Shown: positions 46,910 through 53,091 of the stretch, piece by piece
Layout of the letters: every line of letters begins with the position of its first letter
Position numbering within the stretch: position 1 is the first letter of the stretch
Source of the DNA: an uncultured Rhodospirillaceae bacterium
GTDB taxonomy: Bacteria > Pseudomonadota > Alphaproteobacteria > MPNO01 > UBA2964
Direction of reading: 5' to 3'
Length of the DNA stretch: 53,091 nucleotides
Assembly: GCA_964479475.1 (NCBI GenBank)
Contig: CAYZMI010000005.1
Coordinates: forward strand, 11,819 to 64,909
Program-made: the position numbers and the translations under genes
Notes under the pieces: model-generated
What the model was told of the DNA's origin: nothing
The model's input: only the letters and a program-made list of their open reading frames with translations
Database searches by the model: none

Positions 46910-48817
46910 ATGCTTCGAGTAGAAAACCTAACCTATCGGATTGGACCCCGAACTCTTTTTGAACACGCCAACTTTGGTGTTAATCCAGGCCACAGAATAG
47001 GTTTAGTCGGCCGAAATGGTACGGGCAAAACAACACTCCTTCGCATGATCATGGGCTACCTAGATCCGGACGAAGGTGACATTGAACTACCCAATGCCTG
47101 GCGGGTCGGCATTACGCTACAGGAAGCCCCAAACGGACAAAATAGTTTAATAGATACCGTTCTAGCCGCAGATAAGGAGTTGGTTCAACTTACTCAAGAG
47201 GCAGAAACAGAGACCGATCCTATCCGAATTTCTGAAATTCATGATCGGTTACGGGATAAAAATGCGCAAAGCGCTCGGTCTAGGGCCGCACGCATTCTCG
47301 CAGGCTTAGGTTTTCTGGAAACAGAACAACAAAAACCCTGCAGCCACTTTTCCGGGGGTTGGCGAATGCGGGTTGCTCTTGCCTCCCTATTATTCACGGA
47401 GCCGGATCTTCTTTTGTTGGATGAACCAACCAATCATCTCGACCTCGAGGCCAGCCTCTGGCTTGAAGATTATTTACGGCGGTATGACGGCACCATAGTT
47501 CTTGTCAGTCATGACCGCGGTTTGCTTAACCGGGTTGTGACTGGAATTGTTCATTTGGAGGGCGGTAACCTTACGGTGTATTCCGGCAGTTACGACAAAT
47601 TTGAAGAAACCAGACGACGTCGACTCGCTCAAATAGAAAGCGAGCGTGCCAAACAAGAGGCTCAACGGGCTCATATAAAGAAATTCGTGGAACGCTTTCG
47701 TTATAAGGCTACTAAAGCTCGCCAGGCACAAAGCCGTCTTAAAATGTTGGAACGTCTGCAACCAATCGTAGGACAACGCGAGGAAAGTGTAATTAGCTTT
47801 AATTTTCCTGAGCCTGAAATACTTGCTCCCCCCCTTTACACAATCGAAAATGTTTCCGTTGGTTATGACGACAAGCCGGTTCTTTCCAATTTATCCCTCC
47901 GGCTGGATTCCGATGATCGGGTTGCCTTGCTGGGTGCGAATGGCAATGGTAAATCAACACTCATTAAATTACTCGCCGGGCGAATTTCACCCTTGTCCGG
48001 TTTTCAAAATCAATCCAACAAATTGCGTGTGGGCTATTTCGCCCAACATCAAACAGACGAGCTGGATTGCGAAGCCACGCCTGTATTGGAGTTGGGACGT
48101 CGCCGGCCACGCGACCTTGACGTGACGCTTCGCAAACATTTGGGGGCCTTTGGGTTTTCGCAAGAACGCGCCGACACATCAGTCGGCAATCTATCCGGCG
48201 GAGAAAAGGCACGATTATTATTCGCATTAATGACTAGCGACAAACCGCACATCCTTCTTTTGGACGAGCCCACCAATCATTTGGACGTACAATCGCGTGA
48301 GGCACTAATCCACGCAATTAATAATTTTTCAGGTGCAGTAGTCATTGTGAGCCATGACCCGCACGTGATAGAGCTAACTACCGACCGATTATGGCTGGTG
48401 GCAGATGGCAGTGTCACCACCTACGACGGCGATATGGATGAATATCGCATGTTGCTCCTTTCGAGCCGAAAATCCTCAAATCAAAACGCCGGGCCAAGTC
48501 CGGATAACCGCAAAAATCACTCCACTGACGGAAACCCGGACAAACGAAAACAGCGTCGAATGGCGGCAGAGAAACGACAGGCACTCGCTCCACTACGTAC
48601 TAAGCTACAAAGAGCAGAAAAGAACGTAGAAAAATTAGAAGCCGAAAAATCGAAAATTACTGAAGCTCTAACCGACCCTATTCTTTACGAAGGAGATAAA
48701 AGTAAGCTTATTGATTTACAACGCCAACATGGCTATTTGGAGCACCATCTCAAAGAGGCGGAAGAAGCTTGGCTAGTTCTCCAAGAAGAATGGGAAACCG
48801 TGGCTGCTGGAAATTAA
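46910..48817 (+). CDS. ABC-F family ATPase (translation-factor type, no TM domain)
   Basis: It has two NBDs (Walker A GRNGTGKTT and GANGNGKST; signatures FSGGWRMR and LSGGEKAR), an inter-domain linker and a C-terminal charged coiled coil. Confidence 0.9.
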   Translation: MLRVENLTYRIGPRTLFEHANFGVNPGHRIGLVGRNGTGKTTLLRMIMGYLDPDEGDIELPNAWRVGITLQEAPNGQNSLIDTVLAADKELVQLTQEAETETDPIRISEIHDRLRDKNAQSARSRAARILAGLGFLETEQQKPCSHFSGGWRMRVALASLLFTEPDLLLLDEPTNHLDLEASLWLEDYLRRYDGTIVLVSHDRGLLNRVVTGIVHLEGGNLTVYSGSYDKFEETRRRRLAQIESERAKQEAQRAHIKKFVERFRYKATKARQAQSRLKMLERLQPIVGQREESVISFNFPEPEILAPPLYTIENVSVGYDDKPVLSNLSLRLDSDDRVALLGANGNGKSTLIKLLAGRISPLSGFQNQSNKLRVGYFAQHQTDELDCEATPVLELGRRRPRDLDVTLRKHLGAFGFSQERADTSVGNLSGGEKARLLFALMTSDKPHILLLDEPTNHLDVQSREALIHAINNFSGAVVIVSHDPHVIELTTDRLWLVADGSVTTYDGDMDEYRMLLLSSRKSSNQNAGPSPDNRKNHSTDGNPDKRKQRRMAAEKRQALAPLRTKLQRAEKNVEKLEAEKSKITEALTDPILYEGDKSKLIDLQRQHGYLEHHLKEAEEAWLVLQEEWETVAAGN

Positions 48818-49680
48818 ATGTCAATAATTTCAAATATCTCACGGCACAAACGGGTGCTCGGATCACGTAGCTCGTGGGGAATATTGAAATGGTTTCGTTC
48901 TGTAACCTCAAAAAGAGAACATGGCCAGCCTTGTTCTTTCCACGCTGCAGCGTAGATATTACTCTGACGTTTAAATTCCGATGTTTCGGAACCTCCGTAT
49001 GAGACAACTAGAGGACAACCTAGTTCAGGAAGATGATGGATAGGACTATTGCGGTAGGCAGCCTCTTCGTCCAGCTGCACCCAATTGTTTGGTTCTGACA
49101 AACGAACCGGCTCTAGATCATAAAGCCCATTTAGCGCTAGCGCACCCTTGACGGTATTCTTCGGCACACCAAAATTTTCGTGCCAACCACGGGCCAAAAT
49201 CATTCCGGTTAGATGCCCACCCGCCGATGTGCCCCCAACAAATATTCGGTCAGGATCCGCGCCGAAAGTTTTCTCCCCATTTTCCCACACCCACGCGACA
49301 GCGGCACGACATTGGCGGGTAATGGTATCCAACGAAGCTCCCGGTGCGAGACTATAATTCACCGGGACGACAGCAATACCATGCTCAACAAAATTAGCCG
49401 CCATGGTAGCGGCCTGTTTCTGACTGTTAGCCCGCCAGTAACCACCGTGAATGTACAGAAATACCGGTGCTTTCTGTCCAGAGGGAAAAATATCTATAAC
49501 TTCGTCAGGGTGTTCTCCGAATGAAACGTCGAGTAGGCAATCCAATTGCTGGCGCGCCTCTTCGCTATATGCATCGTTCATACGTCCGAAAACTGTATAA
49601 TCTGGAACAGTCCCACGGGCACTATATTCGATATCGAGGTGCGCCTGATCGAATTCGCGATAAATTTTTGCCATCGTCAT
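48814..49680 (-). CDS. Alpha/beta-hydrolase fold esterase/arylformamidase-like protein (paralog 1)
   Basis: It has the HGGYW oxyanion motif and the GGTSAGGH nucleophile elbow. Its start overlaps the upstream paralog's stop (ATGA). Confidence 0.8.
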   Translation of the reverse strand: MTMAKIYREFDQAHLDIEYSARGTVPDYTVFGRMNDAYSEEARQQLDCLLDVSFGEHPDEVIDIFPSGQKAPVFLYIHGGYWRANSQKQAATMAANFVEHGIAVVPVNYSLAPGASLDTITRQCRAAVAWVWENGEKTFGADPDRIFVGGTSAGGHLTGMILARGWHENFGVPKNTVKGALALNGLYDLEPVRLSEPNNWVQLDEEAAYRNSPIHHLPELGCPLVVSYGGSETSEFKRQSNIYAAAWKEQGWPCSLFEVTERNHFNIPHELRDPSTRLCREIFEIIDI

Positions 49681-50537
49681 ACACCTATCATTAAAAATAA
49701 CTCTCGGGCGATACGGCTAGATGGTTCACACATATCAAAGACGATATCGAAATGGTTCCGATCAGGTGTCACAAAATGGCTACAAGGCCAACCGCGCCCT
49801 AGCCAGGCTTCTGCATAAATTTTGCTTTGACGTTTGAATTCATCTGTTTCGTGCTCGCCACAGGTCACTATAAGCGAACAACCATTTTCGGGAAGATGGT
49901 ATACCGGGCTATTCCGGTACGCCGATTCTTCATCCAACAAGGCCCATTCATTGATGTTAGCAAGCCGAATGGGTTCTAAATCATGCAAACCGCTAAAGGA
50001 AATGGCCCCCTTGATCAGGTCTTCAGGCAAACCACGTTCTTCTCGCCACCCTCCAGCAAGCATCATTCCCGTCAAATGGCCACCTGCCGAGGACCCACCG
50101 ACAAAAATTCGATTTGGATCAATACCCAATTCTTTGGTGCCTTCCCGCCATACCCATTCCAAGGCGTCTCGGCACTGCCGAACGATTGTGTCGATAGAGG
50201 CCTCGGGTGCTAAGCTATAATTAACGGACACAACCGATATGCCCTTCTGTACAAACGCCGACGCCATAAAATCGCCCTCACGTTGGCTAAGCATTCGCCA
50301 ATAGCCACCGTGAATAAAGATAAACACTGGCGTATTTAAACCGGCCGAAAATCCATCAACAACCTCATCTTTATGTTGTCCGTATGCTATGTCGAGTTTA
50401 CCGGGAACCCGCCGACGAGCCTGATCACTTTTTTCACTGTAAGCCCTAATAAGAGCATCCGCGTTCGATACTGTTTCGCGTGCGCTATACTCTTTGTTCA
50501 GCTTCTTTTGATCATAATCTCGATAGACGTAGGTCAT
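49677..50537 (-). CDS. Alpha/beta-hydrolase fold esterase/arylformamidase-like protein (paralog 2)
   Basis: It has HGGYW and GGSSAGGH. The ATG at 50537 overlaps the TauE-2 stop (ATGA). It aligns along its full length with paralog 1. Confidence 0.8.
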   Translation of the reverse strand: MTYVYRDYDQKKLNKEYSARETVSNADALIRAYSEKSDQARRRVPGKLDIAYGQHKDEVVDGFSAGLNTPVFIFIHGGYWRMLSQREGDFMASAFVQKGISVVSVNYSLAPEASIDTIVRQCRDALEWVWREGTKELGIDPNRIFVGGSSAGGHLTGMMLAGGWREERGLPEDLIKGAISFSGLHDLEPIRLANINEWALLDEESAYRNSPVYHLPENGCSLIVTCGEHETDEFKRQSKIYAEAWLGRGWPCSHFVTPDRNHFDIVFDMCEPSSRIARELFLMIGV

Positions 50538-51301
50538 AGCCACTGCCAATTTTCGATCCCGGTATAGAGCAACCGCACTGCTAATACTGTTAGCACCACT
50601 TGAAAAATTCGACGAAATGCTTGCTCAGGCATGCGATTTAAGACAGCACGGCCAAACATATTACCGAAAAACGCAGTACCGATCATCACAATAACCAGTG
50701 GCAAATATGTTCCAATGGCAAAACCTAGAATGCCAAAGACCACCACTTTTAGCCCATGAACGAGTGTCATGAAAACTGAATGTGTAGCCACATATTGACG
50801 CCGATCCGGACACGCAGCAGCGACATAAGGCGCCATAAGAGTGCCGCTGGAGCCAACGAACATACCAATCAGTGTACCCAAAAGACCAAGCAGAAAAAAT
50901 TTCGTATGGGTATAGGCACGCGCGGCTATCTTTGGCGCCCAACAGACATAGAGGATAAAGCTTCCAAGAATAATTTGAAGAATTGCGGTAGGGAGTGCGA
51001 CTACAACTTTACCACCGATCACCGCTCCCGCGATTGCGCCGAAAAAGAATACAGGCAAGAGTTTTTTCAGGATGTGTGGCCACATTATTATAAAGCGACC
51101 CCCGTTCGTGCCCAACAGTACCATCCCATGAAGGGGAATTAGTACGGCCGGCGGGAATATGGTCGCCATCACTCCGAGCAAAAGAACGCCGCCACCGAGT
51201 CCAGCAACAACGCCGAACGCAGCGGTAAAAAAACTCAAAATAGACAATCCCAAGAAAACAAAGGGCGTAACGCCGGGAACAAGGTCAAATAATTCAATCA
51301 T
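50534..51301 (-). CDS. TauE/SafE-family membrane protein, copy 2
   Basis: 255 aa, Gly-rich and multi-TM, with the same architecture as 31929..32684. Confidence 0.75.
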   Translation of the reverse strand: MIELFDLVPGVTPFVFLGLSILSFFTAAFGVVAGLGGGVLLLGVMATIFPPAVLIPLHGMVLLGTNGGRFIIMWPHILKKLLPVFFFGAIAGAVIGGKVVVALPTAILQIILGSFILYVCWAPKIAARAYTHTKFFLLGLLGTLIGMFVGSSGTLMAPYVAAACPDRRQYVATHSVFMTLVHGLKVVVFGILGFAIGTYLPLVIVMIGTAFFGNMFGRAVLNRMPEQAFRRIFQVVLTVLAVRLLYTGIENWQWL

Positions 51302-51374
51302 ACCAGCGGATTCAGGCGCCTAGTTTATGTTTAGCATTGGACATAATCATAGATTTCACCCATATAACCCCGGA

Positions 51375-51866
51375 ATGAACAGAATAAAACAACGCGATCG
51401 GAATGTTTCGGCAGCCAAAAAGCGTCGTAGCCGCTATCGCGAAGAAGAACATCGCCGAAAAAAGGGCATGGCCGAAAAACCGCCCGGTCATGACGACCCC
51501 CTCTTCGCCCAATTCAAAGAAATTACCGACACAAGACATATATTTACATATCTTGCCTCGCCATTCGTGGCAGACAAAAACAAACCCGTTAGCCTTTATA
51601 TAGCAAAACGAATTTCAGAAGCGGTCAAAGTAAACTACTCGGATCTATTTTTCTCCTCGGTGACAAACGTATACCACTACATGCTTTACCAGGATTTCGT
51701 CGAATATATGACTGATGTCTGCGGCGTCCCTCTAAATGACGACAATCTGCTAGAAAGTTTTCATGGCACATATTTTCTTCGCTTCCAAAATACAGAGGTC
51801 TACACCAGGTTATGGCCTAAACTGGGCCAAAATATGGAAGAAGGCGAGGGATTTCCGCAATGCTGA
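51375..51866 (+). CDS. Hypothetical protein with a strongly basic N-terminal segment
   Basis: The frame is open over 51327..51866. Candidate starts are 51375 and 51468, and the latter has an AAGGG upstream. The basic segment is KQRDRNVSAAKKRRSRYREEEHRRKKG. I recognise no family. Confidence 0.4.
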   Translation: MNRIKQRDRNVSAAKKRRSRYREEEHRRKKGMAEKPPGHDDPLFAQFKEITDTRHIFTYLASPFVADKNKPVSLYIAKRISEAVKVNYSDLFFSSVTNVYHYMLYQDFVEYMTDVCGVPLNDDNLLESFHGTYFLRFQNTEVYTRLWPKLGQNMEEGEGFPQC

Positions 51867-51879
51867 TGGGAAACCGAGA

Positions 51880-53076
51880 TTAACCACCTCCGTATGGCGG
51901 GTTGGGCGCCATTTCAAGCTCCACCCGACCCGCGTTTTCAGCAGCGATATCGGGCATGATCATAAAATGGCTGCGCAGCGTGTGAATATCACGGAATGTA
52001 CGTTGTAAGACAGAACCGTCGAGGGTTGCGCCAGTGCCTGCATCGCAAAATAGATCGTAGACGATTTTAGTACATTGACTGACCACGTCGACCACGGTCA
52101 TCCGGTACCGGCTTCGTTGCTCCACTGAAACCACCTCTGTTTGCTCTATCTGGGTAGTAAGCGTTTCAGCGCTTCGTAACAAAGATTCTTTTGCAACCTG
52201 CCAGCGAGATTGTGAGCGACCAAGTCGAGCTTGTGACGCGGACCATTCAGTTTGTGATGATGGCATTCGAGCGCTCCAACGAGTTCGGAGCCGTTCTTTG
52301 TATGCCTCGATTGCGCAGGACGCGAGACCGATTGCAGGCGCCGCCACTACCATCGCAAATATGATGGAATTCGGAGCTCCAACATAGAGAGCGGTAGGAT
52401 CTACCTCCGCACCCGGTGGACCGTCTCGCTCGGCTTCGCGGAAACACAAAACACGGTGATCCGGAACAAATTCATCTTGCAATAGAACTGATTTGCTACC
52501 GGTCCCCCGTAGTCCCATCGAATACCAGTCATCTTCAATTTCACCGGCTTCCGAGGGAATCAAACAAGTCAATACCCGTCCATTTTCGTTAGGATCACGA
52601 GCACTAAGCATCATCCAATTGGCTTGGTCGATTCCACTGACATAGGGCCACCGTCCGTTTAAACGGACCCCACCGTCGACACGTTCAGCGATCACTGGGG
52701 GCCCCATGACTAGAGCTGTAAAAAGCGGAGCGCCCGTATTTCGTACTTCAGCCTGTGCTCGCGGCCCATACCAGGCAACATGTGAATTTTGGTTTCCCAC
52801 AAGGCCCTGAACCCAAGCGGTAGACCCGCATCCTCGGGCTAATTCCCCGGTGATTTCGAGATGAGTAGATAAATCCAAACCATAACCACCAAGATGCTGC
52901 GTTTGCATTACACGAAACAAGCCGGCATCGGTTAAGCGCGCATGAACCTCTGGCAACAAACCGCGATTACGTTCTGTCTCCGTTGCCATTTCCGCCAAAT
53001 AGGGCACTAAAGCGCGAGCGCGGGTTAACATTTCTGCCCGATCAACTGCGGGGCTAATTCTATCCGTAACAACCAT
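51880..53076 (-). CDS. Acyl-CoA-dehydrogenase-fold flavin-dependent monooxygenase (HsaA/HpaB-C2-like oxygenase component)
   Basis: It is 398 aa. The N-terminal ERNRGLLPEVHARLTDAGLFRVMQ, the GLRGTGS motif and the C-terminal helical domain are typical of the ACAD-like two-component monooxygenase group. Confidence 0.75.
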   Translation of the reverse strand: MVVTDRISPAVDRAEMLTRARALVPYLAEMATETERNRGLLPEVHARLTDAGLFRVMQTQHLGGYGLDLSTHLEITGELARGCGSTAWVQGLVGNQNSHVAWYGPRAQAEVRNTGAPLFTALVMGPPVIAERVDGGVRLNGRWPYVSGIDQANWMMLSARDPNENGRVLTCLIPSEAGEIEDDWYSMGLRGTGSKSVLLQDEFVPDHRVLCFREAERDGPPGAEVDPTALYVGAPNSIIFAMVVAAPAIGLASCAIEAYKERLRTRWSARMPSSQTEWSASQARLGRSQSRWQVAKESLLRSAETLTTQIEQTEVVSVEQRSRYRMTVVDVVSQCTKIVYDLFCDAGTGATLDGSVLQRTFRDIHTLRSHFMIMPDIAAENAGRVELEMAPNPPYGGG

Positions 53077-53091
53077 AATACCATATATACC

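Noticed and set aside
51312-51539. A 75-aa hydrophobic minus-strand ORF as a small membrane protein preceding TauE-2.
   Set aside because: Its Phe/Leu-rich sequence is what antisense translation of the Lys/Arg/Glu-rich plus-strand segment would produce. It is kept only as an ambiguity in the findings.
1-53091. CRISPR arrays, tRNA or rRNA genes, IS elements, integrases, prophage genes, toxin-antitoxin pairs or defence-system genes.
   Set aside because: No regularly spaced direct repeats, no tRNA-like T-arm/acceptor patterns in the spacers, and no transposase, integrase, nuclease, helicase or methyltransferase-like ORFs were recognised. This was a visual scan only.

Overview
This is a gene-dense chromosomal segment of about 50 protein-coding genes. 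I can recognise no rRNA, tRNA, CRISPR array, transposase or integrase, and no obvious transcription factor. The gene content suggests a free-living, possibly marine, alphaproteobacterium-like heterotroph with a compact genome; this is inference only.

Blocks, in order:
1. 0.5-10.7 kb, small-molecule catabolism: RidA, AroQ, amidase, two DMT transporters, an HCCA-isomerase-like protein, GST, an OCD-family enzyme, and a two-subunit Rieske dioxygenase bracketed by two VOC paralogs.
2. 10.8-17.2 kb, a minus-strand envelope operon: GT9, GT2, GT4, GT4, an AsnB-like amidotransferase and a secreted Sel1-repeat protein, several joined by 1-nt stop/start overlaps.
3. 17.4-21.6 kb: YgfZ, then an acyl-CoA ligase, an MDR reductase and a thioesterase.
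4. 21.6-31.8 kb, a putative cyclic-amide or N-heterocycle catabolic island: a NitT/TauT-type ABC importer, an M20 deacylase, a dihydroorotase/hydantoinase-like amidohydrolase, an SDR, tandem OCD paralogs and a phthalate-dioxygenase-like Rieske oxygenase.
5. 31.9-35.7 kb, a sulfur/redox block: TauE, a GATase, a DsbA/FrnE-like gene, a TauD-like dioxygenase and MsrA.
6. 35.9-37.4 kb: an aldehyde dehydrogenase.
7. 37.4-45.2 kb, a divergon of membrane-lipid head-group genes: a sulfatase and a CDP-alcohol phosphatidyltransferase on one side; a class II aldolase, a UPF0104/HpnL-like protein, an HpnI-like glycosyltransferase, an HpnJ-like B12-radical SAM enzyme and a second CDP-alcohol phosphatidyltransferase on the other.
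8. 45.5-53.1 kb: alpha/beta hydrolases, an ABC-F ATPase, a second TauE and an ACAD-fold flavin monooxygenase.

Two observations stand out.
- The DsbA/FrnE-like gene is complete only if an in-frame TGA is decoded. That TGA sits exactly at the first Cys of the CxxC active site, and hairpins lie just downstream, so this is a candidate selenoprotein that the ORF track truncates.
- The hpnI/hpnJ/hpnL-like genes occur without any hopanoid core genes in the window. They are bracketed by two CDP-alcohol phosphatidyltransferase paralogs, which suggests an uncharacterised lipid head-group pathway.

All family assignments come from motif recognition by eye. No database search was run.
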